From Eledone cirrhosa (taxonomy: Eukaryota), in the NCBI GenBank assembly GCA_964016885.1, contig OZ024762.1, positions 22,320,001 to 22,384,000 on the forward strand: a stretch of 64,000 bases of DNA, written 5' to 3'. A program made the position numbers and the translations under genes. Each line of letters opens with the position of its first letter. The stretch's first letter is position 1. Shown here one piece after another: positions 43,146 through 58,118 of this stretch. The notes under the pieces are model-generated. The model saw only the letters and a program-made list of their open reading frames with translations, ran no database searches and was not told where the DNA came from.

Positions 43146-43335
43146 AAATTATCCCTACCAAGCTCATATGTCCCTAGGCTCTGATACCATCAACACCATA
43201 AACACAGAGTTGGCATATCTAAGGACTGACTAACTGCCTGATGAGGTCATAGCCATTCAATGGCTATCATCGAAATATACATAGCAGCAAATAAAGGAAT
43301 ATGAGTTCATGCAATTGACTTATGTTTCGTCACTA
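43146..43335 (+). mobile_element. Family K copy; hammerhead at 43234-43287
   Basis: CTGC-CTGATGA-...ATAGCCAT/ATGGCTAT...-GAAA-TATACA-TA-GCAG; followed by (CACTA)n. Confidence 0.75.
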
Positions 43336-44430
43336 CACTACACTACACTACACTACACTACACTACACTACACTACACTACACTACACTACACTACACTA
43401 CACTACGCGCACACGCACACGCACACGCACACGCACACGCACACACGCACACACACACACGAGAGAGATGAAGCATAAAACAGTGAAGTCACGTGGCCAG
43501 TGGTTGGAGAATTGGATTCGCAATCATGAGGTGGTGAGTTCCATTCCTGGACCGGGTGATGCGTTATGTCCTTTATTTCACGTTGCTTTTTCTACCTTGA
43601 GTTGCGACCGATAGATAGTATTAGCAATTGGAAAGACCAATGGAAACATTGTTTCCTCGGTCCGATTTGACGAATGTTGATCGACTGTCGATATATATAT
43701 ATAAATGTTATATATATATATATATATACATATATACACAGAGGTGTAGAGGAGGGATAGAAATGCAACATGAAATATGGAAATAAAAGTATATATAAAT
43801 TAAAAATATGGACGTATCCATCAATAAAGAAAGAATACGATTGATTTTGGGGGTATTGGGGATGGGTGTGCTTCCGTGTTTCTAAAAAACAAAAATTCCC
43901 AGCAAAACCACAATTGACTTCGATATAGTATTGTCAATAACAACAAACGGCAGTGATCTTGTAAAAGAAACGTATACACTCCCATCCACACGCTCATACT
44001 ATATATATACATATATATATATATGTATGTATGTATGTATGTGGGGAATGGGTATGTGTATATACATCTATGTAAACACATATGGAGATATATATATATA
44101 TATATATGTATATACATACATATATATGTATATGTATATGTATATGTATATATATATATGTATATGTATATATATATATGTATATATGTATATATATATA
44201 GGTGTATATGTATATATGTATATATATATAGGTGTATATGTATATATGTATATATATATAGGTGTATATGTATATATATATATATATATAGGTATATATA
44301 TATATACACACACAAACACACATATATATATGTGTATATATAATAATATATATATATATATATATATAAATCAATAAGAACGATGGGATATTCAAGTCAT
44401 AAGGCACTCGAAGAGGAGAAAAATGTTGTG

Positions 44431-44488
<58 letters not shown>

Positions 44489-44517
44489 TATATATCTATA
44501 CATATATATATATATAT

Positions 44518-45706
44518 GCGTCTGTATACATATATGTATGTACATATACATACTTATATTTAAGTATTAGTAAGAGTATTACATAGTTATATTTAAGCCG
44601 TACTAAGAGTGTGAAATTAAATTTCATTTTTTCCATTTATCGTTTTCAGTTCGCCCGCCGACTAACTCACTCAATATGCAAATTAGGCTGCTCAGCCGTT
44701 AATATGCATAAGGAAAGTATATACTTTCAAACGTTCAATCGACTGACAGGAAGGTGTATGCTGCTGATGACAGCTAAGAAGCTAGAAACTTGTTCATCGT
44801 TCCTTTGTCAGTGTTGAACAAAAGGGCAATGATGGTTGCCGAATACTGTTCGGCTTAATTCGGACTGTTTGTTTACAAACAAACCGAACATTATAATAAA
44901 TGTTCGATAAACCGATACGTACATATATATATATAGATGTGCAGGTATGTATATATATACATATATATACATACTAATGTACGTCTGTATACATATATGT
45001 ATGTACGTATACATATTTATATTTAAGTAACAGCCGTACTAAGAGTGAGAAATGAAATTTCATTTTTTCCATTTATATATATATATATATAGGTTGCTGA
45101 CGATAGCTAATAAGCTTGAAACTAGTACAGTGTTCCTTTGTCAGTGTTGAACAAACGAGCAACGATGGTTGCTGGACACTACGGCTTAATACGGGATGTT
45201 TGTTTACAAACACACCGAGCATTATAATAAATGTTAGGTGAATCCATACGTACATGTATATATGTGTACATGTATGTATAGATATATACATACTACTGTA
45301 CGTCTATATACACATATGTATGTACGTATACATACTTATATTTAAGTAACAGCCATATTAAGAGTGAGAAATGAAATTTCATTTTTTCCATTTATATATA
45401 TATATATAGGTTGCTGACGATAGCTAATAAGCTTGAAACTAGTACAGTGTTCCTTTGTCAGTGTTGAACAAACGAGCAACGATGGTTGCTGGACACTACG
45501 GCTTAATACGGGATGTTTGTTTACAAACACACCGAGCATTATAATAAATGTTCGGTGAATCCATACGTACATGTATATATGTGTACATGTATGTATAGAT
45601 ATATACATACTACTGTACGTCTGTATACACATATGTATGTACGTATACATACTTATATTTAAGTAACAGCCATATTAAGAGTGAGAAATGAAATTTCATT
45701 TTTTCC

Positions 45707-45710
<4 letters not shown>
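44518..45710 (+). mobile_element. Family H tandem array (periods of 436, 319 and 317 bp) with three hammerheads
   Basis: AAGAGTG(T/A)GAAAT recurs at 44605, 45041, 45360 and 45677; cores CTGATGA at 44764 and CTGACGA at 45097 and 45414. Confidence 0.8.
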
Positions 45711-45756
<46 letters not shown>

Positions 45757-46016
45757 GTGTATATATTGTATATATATATATATATATATATATACATGTG
45801 TATATGTGTGTGTGTGACATGAACGACAGAGCAGCTGTTCACATATATTATGTGCCGCAGAATAACAAAGAAACGTTTAAAGCAACAGTTAGCAATCATA
45901 CACGTATAATACCATATTGGTCTAGCATGTATGTTTTTTGTATGTGTATATATATATGTAAATATACAATTATGCATATATATATATCCTTATGTGCATA
46001 AATATTTACATATATG

Positions 46017-46059
<43 letters not shown>

Positions 46060-46243
46060 TGATTTATGTTTTATCAGATTTATGGAGTTTATGGCGTATT
46101 TATGTGTATATAATTATATATGCCCATATACATATATATAAATATATAAGTAAATACACACACACACAAGCGCATATATATAAGTATATATATGCATATA
46201 TTATATACGTGTATATATATATAGATACTCACGTCTATATATG

Positions 46244-46299
<56 letters not shown>

Positions 46300-46479
46300 T
46301 GGAGAGGGGAGAAGGAGACATATTTCTTGCGATATTCTATTCCAATACATCGATACCTCATGCAATTTATGTATATATATATGTATATATATATATATAT
46401 ATGTATATATATGTATATATATATATACATATATATATATATGTATATGTATATGTATATATGTATATGTATATATGTA

Positions 46480-46522
<43 letters not shown>

Positions 46523-46541
46523 ATATATATATGTATATATG

Positions 46542-46628
<87 letters not shown>

Positions 46629-46749
46629 ATATGTATATATATGTATATATGTATATATATGTATATATATATATATGTATATATATGCATATATATGTAT
46701 ATGTATATATATGTATATATATGTATATATATATATATGTATATATATG

Positions 46750-46786
<37 letters not shown>

Positions 46787-47444
46787 GTATATATGTATAT
46801 ATATGTATATATGTATATATATGTATATATATATATATGTATATATATGTATAAATGTATATATATGTATATATGTATAATATGTATATATATATGTATA
46901 TATGTATATATATGTATATATATGTATATATGTATATATGTATATATATGTATATATGTATATATATTATATATTATATGTAATATTGTATATATATGTA
47001 TGTATATGTATATATATGTATGTATATGTATATATATGTATGTATATGTATATATATGTATGTATATGTATATATATGTATGTATATGTATATATATGTA
47101 TGTATATGTATATATATGTATGTATATGTATGTATATATATATATATATATATATCATCTAACTTCCCAACTTGAAGACGTTAAATTTAGATGTACATAT
47201 GTTATGGATTTCAAAGCCTTTCTACAGTACAATGCCATAAACTTCTCCTTGGAATTGGCCATTGTTAGGTGAATATCGAAATACACAGGAAAGAATCTCG
47301 TATCATATGTGAGAGCATTGATTAAGCCACTCACACACACAGACTGTCATGCGTACACAAGCATACCCACACACACACTATATATATATATGCATTATGT
47401 ATATATATATATATATGCATATATATATATATATATATATATGC

Positions 47445-47476
<32 letters not shown>

Positions 47477-47854
47477 GGCATATATATATATATATATATA
47501 ATATATGCATATGCATATATATATATATATATATGCATATATATGCATATATATATATATGCCATATGCATATATATATATATATATATATGCATATATA
47601 TATATATGCATATATATATATATATATATATGCATATGCATATATATATATATATATGCATATGCATATATATATATATATATATGCATATATATATATA
47701 TATATGCATATATATATATATATATATATATGCATATATATATATATATATATATATGCATATATATATATATATATATATATGCATATATATATATATA
47801 TATATATATATGCATATATATATATATATATATATATGCATATATATATATATA

Positions 47855-47888
<34 letters not shown>

Positions 47889-47932
47889 TATATATATATA
47901 TATATATATATGCATATATATATATATATATA

Positions 47933-47966
<34 letters not shown>

Positions 47967-48131
47967 TATATATATATATATATATATATATGCATATATA
48001 TATATATATATATATATATGCATATATATATATATATATATATATGCTATATATATATATATATATATATATATGCATATATATATATATATATATGCAT
48101 ATATATATATATATATATTCATATATATATA

Positions 48132-48226
<95 letters not shown>

Positions 48227-48281
48227 GCATATATATATATATATGCATATATATATATATATACGCATATATATATATATA

Positions 48282-48319
<38 letters not shown>

Positions 48320-48332
48320 TATATATATATAT

Positions 48333-48577
48333 AGTAATAATAATAAATGTGAAGACTAAAATCCAAAGAGGGCTCGATAAGGATAAATATATAACAAATA
48401 TATAAGAACCGTAGAGCAAAATCTACTAAAATAACAGATTAAAGTTTAAGTAAAGAATCGGTGCTTTCACCCTTAACGGGATCTTGTGCGTTCACAGATT
48501 GATTGTTTTAGTTTCAGAAGATCCCATTAAGGGTGAAAACAGCGATTCTTTGCTTAAACTTTAATCTGTTATTTTAA
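48333..48577. mobile_element. Family B inverted pair with a hammerhead-like motif at 48510-48560
   Basis: 48430-48485 is inverted relative to 48518-48575; related copies at 9671-9780, 58770-58955(-) and 60355-60622(+). Confidence 0.65.
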
Positions 48578-48585
48578 TATATATA

Positions 48586-48629
<44 letters not shown>

Positions 48630-48632
<3 letters not shown>

Positions 48633-49096
48633 CGAAGGAAATGTGGTAAGGAACCAGGTGGACCATAACGCACCAAAGTACTCAATACTTAGGGTAGTAG
48701 AGTGGGTAACAGGTACAAGTAAGACCCCGACGGCTGAGCTCAAGCCGTTTCGACGGCTAATTCTGGACTGAATGAAAATTTATTCTGGTATTTAAATAGC
48801 CGAGCTTATCAAGGGGTAATTCCATATATGGTCAAAGAGATAATCACCAGGATTGGTCACATCACAAGTTAGTAGTAAATCTGTGATGGCAAATTGGTGG
48901 GGGAAGGGGTAGCTAAACCTGCCGGTCGGAGAACTACTAACTTGTGATGTGACCAATCCTGGTGATTATCTCTTTGACCATATATGGAATTACCCTTGAT
49001 AAGCTCGGCTATTTAAATACAAGAATGAATTTTCATTCAGTCCTGATTTAGCCGTCGAAACGGCTTGAGCTCAGCCGTCGGGGTCTTACTTGTTCC

Positions 49097-49098
<2 letters not shown>
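48630..49098. mobile_element. Family C palindrome (arms of about 165 bp) with two complete hammerheads
   Basis: 48712-48876 is inverted relative to 48933-49097; hammerheads at 48724-48817(-) and 48992-49084(+). Confidence 0.85.
48992..49084 (+). ncRNA. Type I hammerhead with 6-bp stem III, GUC site and U3-A8 core
   Basis: ACCC-TTGATAA-Gct-CGGCTA...GAATGAA(tt)TTCATTC...TAGCCG-tC-GAA-ACGGCT(TGAGCTC)AGCCGT-C-GGGGT; predicted cut after 49079. Confidence 0.7.
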
Positions 49099-49161
<63 letters not shown>

Positions 49162-49521
49162 GAATTTTGTTTTATATGAGATCGTGGCGTAGGCATTATA
49201 ATACAAGGGGCTGAAACATAATAGTACCACTGATGATGTGAAAGATGTGTGGCAAAAGAACTTTGGTAGACTATATATATATTTATATCTGTATTTTTAA
49301 CCGTTGGTCAATCAATGATAAACATTATTGCCAGATAAATTATCTATGGAGATATAAAATATAAAGAAGCGAAACCAATCCAAACACCGAGTGTGTTCTA
49401 TTATTATTTCTGGCAATATTATAATAATATAACCCTCTCCTAATATAACTATATATATATATATATATAATATATATGTATATATACATACATATACATA
49501 TATATATACATACATATATAT

Positions 49522-49570
<49 letters not shown>

Positions 49571-49575
49571 CATAC

Positions 49576-49651
<76 letters not shown>

Positions 49652-49717
49652 AAATATATATATATGTATAAATATATATATATATATATATGTATGTATA
49701 AATATATATATATGTAT

Positions 49718-49757
<40 letters not shown>

Positions 49758-49794
49758 CATATATATATATATTTATACATATACATATATATAT

Positions 49795-49830
<36 letters not shown>

Positions 49831-49860
49831 TTATACATATATATATATTTATACATACAC

Positions 49861-49910
<50 letters not shown>

Positions 49911-49923
49911 TTATACATATACA

Positions 49924-49954
<31 letters not shown>

Positions 49955-49966
49955 TTATACATATAC

Positions 49967-50014
<48 letters not shown>

Positions 50015-50028
50015 ATATATATAATACA

Positions 50029-50149
<121 letters not shown>

Positions 50150-50182
50150 ATATATATATATATATATATAAACATATACATA

Positions 50183-50224
<42 letters not shown>

Positions 50225-50227
50225 AAC

Positions 50228-50273
<46 letters not shown>

Positions 50274-50319
50274 ATATATACATATACATATATATATACA
50301 TATATATATATACATATAC

Positions 50320-50352
<33 letters not shown>

Positions 50353-50355
50353 GAC

Positions 50356-50403
<48 letters not shown>

Positions 50404-50420
50404 ATATACATACATACATA

Positions 50421-50474
<54 letters not shown>

Positions 50475-50616
50475 CATACATATATATGTATATATATATA
50501 TATATGTATATATACATACATACATATATATGTATATATATATATATATGTATATATACATACATATATATGTATATATATATATATATGTATATATACA
50601 TACATACATATATATG

Positions 50617-50648
<32 letters not shown>

Positions 50649-50698
50649 CATATATATGTATATATATATATATATGTATATATACATACATATATATG

Positions 50699-50730
<32 letters not shown>

Positions 50731-50740
50731 CATATATATG

Positions 50741-50772
<32 letters not shown>

Positions 50773-50900
50773 CGTATATATGTATATATATATATATGTA
50801 TATATACATACGTATATATGTATATATATATATATATGTATATATACATACGTATATATGTATATATATATATATATGTATATATACATACGTATATATG

Positions 50901-50932
<32 letters not shown>

Positions 50933-50990
50933 CATATATATGTATATATATATATGTATATATACATACATATATATGTATATATATATA

Positions 50991-51629
50991 TGGTGGCTGC
51001 CAACTCGTTTTCGAGTACGGCCACTACTTTACATCCATGTAGGATAACCCCTACCGAAGCGCTGAACGAGTGTGACTTTTTAGTCCAGCCAGCGACTTGA
51101 AACCTCTGGTACAAACACTACACCTGTGACAATCATTGACACATAGTGCTAGGCCCATGGTAGGACAATCATTGACACATAGTGCTGGGCCCATGTGAGG
51201 ACAAGTGCAGAGAGATCTCCAGATATAAAGCAATGCCTGTGCCGTGAAGCTTTTATAGTGAGCAAAGGCACTGCACAAAGCCAGTCCCACTCTCTTAACC
51301 AAGATGATATTTACCAAAAAGAAGAACAAGTCAACATCATTGGATACTATCAGGGTTGCAGGTGTTATATCAGAGTTTTCCTTCTCCTAGAATTCTGCCT
51401 TGACTAAGGCTAAAGGGGTCATCTCTCCCGGTGATTTTGGATGGCCATTGACTCTTAAGAGCTCCTTTGCCCTTTGACAGGTTTTGTTTTTAGTCCTGCA
51501 GGATGTCCAAAGTCACCCTCCTCACCAAGAAACCTTGGTGGGGTTGCCAGTTTAGTCGCCAACGACCCGACCATGAGACAGGTTGTACTGGGATACATGT
51601 TACCAGTAGCACCAACTGGTGACCTGACA
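50991..51629 (-). mobile_element. Family F full copy with a small internal duplication
   Basis: Reverse complement of 20248-20857; gacaatcattgacacatagtgct duplicated; 3' fragment also at 61937-62205(-). Confidence 0.85.
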
Positions 51630-51631
51630 TA

Positions 51632-51670
<39 letters not shown>

Positions 51671-52053
51671 CATATATATGTATATATATATATATATGTA
51701 TATATACATACATATATATGTATATATATATATATGTATATATACATACATATATATGTATATATATATATATATGTATATATACATACATATATATGTA
51801 TATATATATATATATGTATATATACATACATATATATGTATATATATATATATGTATATATACATACATATATATGTATATATATATATATATGTATATA
51901 TACATACATATATGTATGTATATATATATAGGTATATATACATACATATATATATATATATATACATACATATATGTATATATACATACATATATATACA
52001 TACATAAATATATATATATACATATAAATAAATATATATATATATAACATATA

Positions 52054-52136
<83 letters not shown>

Positions 52137-52184
52137 ATATATATTTATATACGTATAAATATATATATATACATATAAAATATA

Positions 52185-53066
52185 GTACCAGTAATAAGCT
52201 GGGAAAATTGCTGGCTTTGTGCCAAAAGTAGAAACAATTATTATTTATTATTATTATTATTATTATTACTAGTAGTAGTAGTCGGTGGATTAGCAGTATC
52301 GGTAGAGGGTCGTACGCCATGCTTTGACGCATAGAGTTATGGCCCTTGTCATTCTGAGTTCAAATCCCGCCGAGGTTAACTTTGCCTTTCATCCTTACAC
52401 TGGGTAATTGCTGGCCTTGTGCCTAAAGTAGAAACAATTATTATTATTATTATTATTAGAGTATGTGCCTGTAAATTGAAGGTGGAAAACTAGGAGAGAG
52501 CACTTGCCCTGGTGGTCGGGGTCACCGTAGTTATTTTAACGGGATTTCTCCAAGATGGCCCTCGGAAGTCCCCCCCCCTCCCCCCCTATTGGGGAATTTG
52601 TCATTGTTCCTTTTTTGTTACATACTCTGTTTTTTGGGGTTTTTTTACACGCAGAAATGCCCATTTGTACCGTCCTGTATTGTCCTATACTGTCCTTAAT
52701 GTATTACTTTGTGTAAACCCTTGTGGTTAATAAAGAAGCATTATGTATGATTTAAAGTACCAGTGATGCACTGGGTAATTGCTGGCCTTGTGCCTAAAGT
52801 AGAAACAATTAATATATAGTAATATTATTATGCAATAATTGTTTCTACTTTTGGCACAAGGCCAGCAATTACCCAGTGTATTACTGGTACTTTATGCAAT
52901 AATATTATGTATTATGTACTATTGTGTATTATGTATTATAATTTGCCATTCTGAATTCAAATCCCGCCGAGGTTGACTTTGCCTTTCATCCTTACGGGGT
53001 CGATAAAATAAAGTACCAGTAATGCACTGGTTAATTGTGGCCTTGTGCCAAAAGTAGAAACAATTT
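52185..53066. mobile_element. Cluster of S1 SINE fragments and a LINE-like 3' end
   Basis: S1 pieces at 52185, 52281, 52754, 52836(-) and 52945; 52460-52740 ends cccttgtggttaataaagaa. Confidence 0.7.
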
Positions 53067-53211
53067 ATATTACTACTACTATTACTGCGTCGTCCACCCC
53101 TTATCGGGGAATTTATTTTGTTATGTTTATGCAAAGTTTATTTTATATTTTTATATCTTCATTGTTAAATTAGTCTTGCGATTGTGCACTTTTCCTGGAC
53201 CTTATTGTAAA

Positions 53212-54434
53212 CCCCCTACTGTCCCTGTCTTTGTATTCTCCCCTACTGTCCCTGTCTTTGTATTGTCCCCTACTGTCCCTGTCTTTGTATTGTCCCCTAC
53301 TGTCCCTGTCTTTGTATTGTCCCCTACTATCCCTGTCTTTGTATTGTCCCCTACTGTCCCTGTCTTTGTATTGTCCCCTACTGTCCCTGTCTTTGTATTG
53401 TCCCCTACTGTCCCTGTCTTTGTATTGTCCCCTACTGTCCCTGTCTTTGTATTGTCCCCTACTGTCCCTGTCTTTGTATTGTCCCCTACTGTCCCTGTCT
53501 TTGTATTCTCCCCTACTGTCCCTGTCTTTGTATTGTCCCCGACTGTCCCTGTCTTTGTATTCTCCCCTACTGTCCCTGTCTTTGTATTGTCCCCGACTGT
53601 CCCTGTCTTTGTATTGTCCCCTACTGTCCCTGTCTTTGTATTGTCCCCTACTGTCCCTGTCTTTGTATTGTCCCCTACTATCCCTGTCTTTGTATTGTCC
53701 CCTACTGTCCCTGTCTTTGTATTCTCCCCTACTGTCCCTGTCTTTGTATTGTCCCCTACTGTCCCTGTCTTTGTATTCTCCCCTACTGTCCCTGTCTTTG
53801 TATTGTCCCCTACTGTCCCTGTCTTTGTATTGTCCCCTACTGTCCCTGTCTTTGTATTGTCCCCTACTGTCCCTGTCTTTGTATTGTCCCCTACTGTCCC
53901 TGTCTTTGTATTGTCCCCTACTGTCCCTGTCTTTGTATTGTCCCCTACTGTCCCTGTCTTTGTATTGTCCCCTACTGTCCCTGTCTTTGTATTCTCCCCT
54001 ACTGTCCCTGTCTTTGTATTGTCCCCGACTGTCCCTGTCTTTGTATTGTCCCCTACTGTCCCTGTCTTTGTATTCTCCCCTACTGTCCCTGTCTTTGTAT
54101 TCTCCCCTACTGTCCCTGTCTTTGTATTCTCCCCTACTGTCCCTGTCTTTGTATTCTCCCCTACTGTCCCTGTCTTTGTATTCTCCCCTACTGTCCCTGT
54201 CTTTGTATTCTCCCCTACTGTCCCTGTCTTTGTATTCTCCCCTACTGTCCCTGTCTTTGTATTCTCCCCTACTGTCCCTGTCTTTGTATTCTCCCCTACT
54301 GTCCCTGTCTTTGTATTGTCCCCTACTGTCCCTGTCTTTGTATTGTCCCCTACTGTCCCTGTCTTTGTATTGTCCCCTACTGTCCCTGTCTTTGTATTCT
54401 CCCCTACTGTCCCTGTCTTTGTATTGTCCCCTAC
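53212..54434. repeat. 27-bp minisatellite, about 45 copies
   Basis: Unit CCCCTACTGTCCCTGTCTTTGTATT(G/C)T, almost invariant. Confidence 0.95.
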
Positions 54435-54520
54435 ATGTCGGCCCTTGTGGCCAATAAATGAAATCATTATTATTTTTACTATTATTATTATTATTAGTAG
54501 TAGTAGTAGTAGTAGTAGTA

Positions 54521-54712
54521 GGGCGGTGGATTGGCAGTATCGGTGGGAGGTCGGACGCCATGCTTTCCAGCATAGTTACGTCCCTTTATGATCTGAGTTC
54601 AAATCCCGCCGAGATTGACTTTTCCGTTCTTCCTTACGGGGTCGATAAAATAAAGTACCAGTAATGCACTTGGTATTTGCTGGCCTTGTACCTAAAGTAG
54701 AAACAATTATTA
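54521..54712 (+). mobile_element. S1 SINE with an (ATT)n tail
   Basis: Matches 26452-26636; further copies at 59365-59548(-) and 60034-60220(+). Confidence 0.85.
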
Positions 54713-54726
54713 TTATTATTATTATT

Positions 54727-56210
54727 CTTTGAGTCTCAGTCATTGATGTTAGTTAACTGGAAAGTTTGTTGAAATGAATATCAAGCCGCTACCTGCAGCC
54801 TCAGATATTCAGGACGTATCGGAGGGTTCTTGCTGTTCCCAGCAAGCATGCCTTTTGAAATGTTCCAAAAAGCGGAGTTGGACTAATTTTCTTTAACCAT
54901 CCTTGGAAACTCTTTGAGATAGTACCTAGTGCGCCTATGACAATCGGGACGACCTTGACTTCATGGCAGTCCAAATCCTTTTTACCTCCCACTTTAAGTC
55001 CTGGTATCGGTTAATTTTCTCCCTCTCCTTTTCTTGCACTCTCGTGTCAAATGGGCAGGCCACATCTACAATCAGGCACGATCTTTTTTCCTTGTCCAAA
55101 ACCACCAGGTCAGGCCTATTGTGTTCTAATTACTTGTCCGTCTGTACACTAAAATCCCATAGCACCTTCACCTGATCTTTTTCTATCACCGACTCTGGCT
55201 TATGCACATACCACTTCCCAGAATGTGGTAAATTGTTTACTTTGCATAGGTGCCAGTGGATCACCCTGCCCATCACATCATGTCTCCAGCCTTTATAATG
55301 AGTCTGGTCTAAGTGTTTACACTCGGATACAATGTGAGCCACAGTCTCCTCTCTCTCTCCACAGATCCTACACAGTGGGATAGCCTCCTCCTTGTAAATA
55401 TGGTGTTTCACCCACTTCGTTTTGAGGGCCTGCTCTTGCGCAGCCATTAGCATTCCTTCTGTAGCCTTCTTAAGGTCTCCTCTTTTCAACCAGTTCCATG
55501 TCTGTGGATCTCTAAATTCAGTTTTCTCAAAGAAGGTACTATGAAGGGATTTTTCATGGAGGTTGCTCTTCCTCCTTCTTGTTATTTCCTCCTTGGACAT
55601 CCCCTGGTCTATTGTCCTCTCCTTCAGTACAATTCTGAGCATTGGCTCCCTACTGTCAGTCACGTATTTGTGTAGGTTGTTCTTCTCCATCTGAACACAG
55701 TCCTCTATGCTGATAAGACTTCTTCCACCTTCAGATCTCCTCAAGTAGAGTCTATCGACATCACTCCTCTAGTGGAACATGTTGTAGATAGCCAATAGCT
55801 TCCTAGTGTTCATATCCATTTCTTTTTGTTCAGCAACATTCCATTTCAGAATTCGCGCACTGTACCTAATAATAGACACAGCTCGGGAATCTACCGCACT
55901 TATAGCATTCCTACTGTTCAGATGTGATTTTAATACGCTCCTTTCTCTCCGAATGTACTCAGATCTTATCAATTCCTTCATTTTTTTGTTCTTGGTGTCA
56001 TCTGCCTCCAAAACACCTACATATTTGTATCCTTCTTCAGTGTCAATTTCCTTTATCATCTCACCTGCTGGTACCTGGATTCCGTTGATTCTGCTCAATT
56101 TACCCCCTCTTCATCACTAGGACTCCACACTTACTAATACCAAATTGCATACATATATCATTGCTGAAAATACGGAGAGTGTCAACAAGCACACCCAACT
56201 ACTTCCCGAA
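54727..56210 (-). mobile_element. 5'-truncated, disrupted R4/Dong-like non-LTR retrotransposon (RT thumb, CCHC, restriction-like endonuclease)
   Basis: YKYVGV, RxxGGRxL, TEGMLMAAQEQAL, CRICGEREETVAHIVSEC, RHD, VLWDFSVQTD, NRPDLVVLDK..LIVDVACPFD, VVPIVIGALG, QKACLLGTA; stops and frameshifts; (ATT)n on both sides. Confidence 0.88.
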
Positions 56211-56211
56211 G

Positions 56212-56253
<42 letters not shown>

Positions 56254-56326
56254 GTTGTTGTTGTTGTTGTTGTTGTTGGGTGTTTTTATCATTGTTGTCA
56301 TTATTGGCATTATTAATTAATAATTT

Positions 56327-56360
<34 letters not shown>

Positions 56361-56528
56361 GTAATAGTATGTGATATTAGTTTGCAAGTGTTTTGCTATT
56401 GATATGATACTGTAGTGTACTGACAAATATATAGCCGACACGACACATTTGTTCGAAGTCGACATCACGAACTCGGATAAAATAACTTAACAAACAAGTG
56501 CAAAACCATACATGTGTGTGTATCTACA

Positions 56529-56563
<35 letters not shown>

Positions 56564-56758
56564 ATATATATACACACACACACACACACACATATATATA
56601 TTCATACGTGTACACAAACAAACATATATATACCTACATATACTGTATATATATGTATGTATATATATATATATATATATATATTCATACGTGTACACAA
56701 ACAAACATATATATATATATATATATATTCATACGTGCACACAAACAAACATATTCAT

Positions 56759-56827
<69 letters not shown>

Positions 56828-56871
56828 CATACAGCGAATCAGAGATAGATAATAAATAGATGCCTGAAGGG

Positions 56872-56911
<40 letters not shown>

Positions 56912-56995
56912 GGAGAGACACAGATAGATAGATAGATAGATAGATAAAGAGATAGATAGTTAGGGAAAGGTATATATGGACATAGATTGTTTAAA

Positions 56996-57039
<44 letters not shown>

Positions 57040-57156
57040 TTATTCCGGGTTGAATCGGAGGTAACCACAGTAAGTAAGGTACTCAATACATAGCAGAGTA
57101 TAAAATGATTTCTAAAGAATGAAACGGTTCTAGTCCTGCAGAATCTCATCTATATT

Positions 57157-57213
<57 letters not shown>

Positions 57214-57697
57214 CGTACATTTGAACATACACATATACCACCTTATTTATGTGTGTGTGTGTGATGATGCTTGAATATGTGTGTGCATGTGTGTATACAT
57301 ACGTATCATGTATGTAGATACAGTCATGCATATTGCCGGGAGCATGATAATTATGTCTATTAGTCATGTTTTAACGGTAGATAAGCACTGATGTAATGCA
57401 ATATACACGAAACCTATGGTATTACACATCTAATTGTTACATGTTAACTAAATAGTTGCAGCCATATTGGGGGGGGGGGGCTTTTGTTTTTTGTGTTGTT
57501 CTTGTCTATTGTTGTTGACTTCTTGTTTTTCTCGTATATCACGTAAAGGACTTGGTTACCGATTGCATAATCTATGGAATAATGTTCTCGTGTTCAGACG
57601 ACAATTATATATATATATGTGTGTGTGTGTGTATTTATTTATACATGTGTGTGTATGTATGTATATATATATATATATATATGTATGTATATGTATA

Positions 57698-57736
<39 letters not shown>

Positions 57737-57762
57737 GTATATGTATATATATGTATATATAC

Positions 57763-57795
<33 letters not shown>

Positions 57796-57846
57796 CGTAT
57801 TTCTAATTGTCTGGCACGTAATAACTATTGTATAAATATATATATG

Positions 57847-57929
<83 letters not shown>

Positions 57930-58081
57930 GAGTGTGTGAGTGTATATATATGTATATATATATGTGTGTGCATATATATATATGTGCATATATATATATA
58001 TATATATGCATATATATATATATAGATATATATATATATGTGCATATACATATATATGTGCATATACATATATATATGTAC

Positions 58082-58118
<37 letters not shown>

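Noticed and set aside
49227-49252. CCA-CTGATGA-TGT-GAAA...TGG
   Set aside because: There is no stem II and only one copy, so it could be chance.
53035-54591. Repeat proteins (SPTVPVFVL, YKDRDSRGQ) or a CRISPR-like array
   Set aside because: This is a 27-bp tandem repeat without spacers, flanked by SINE and LINE debris in eukaryotic DNA.
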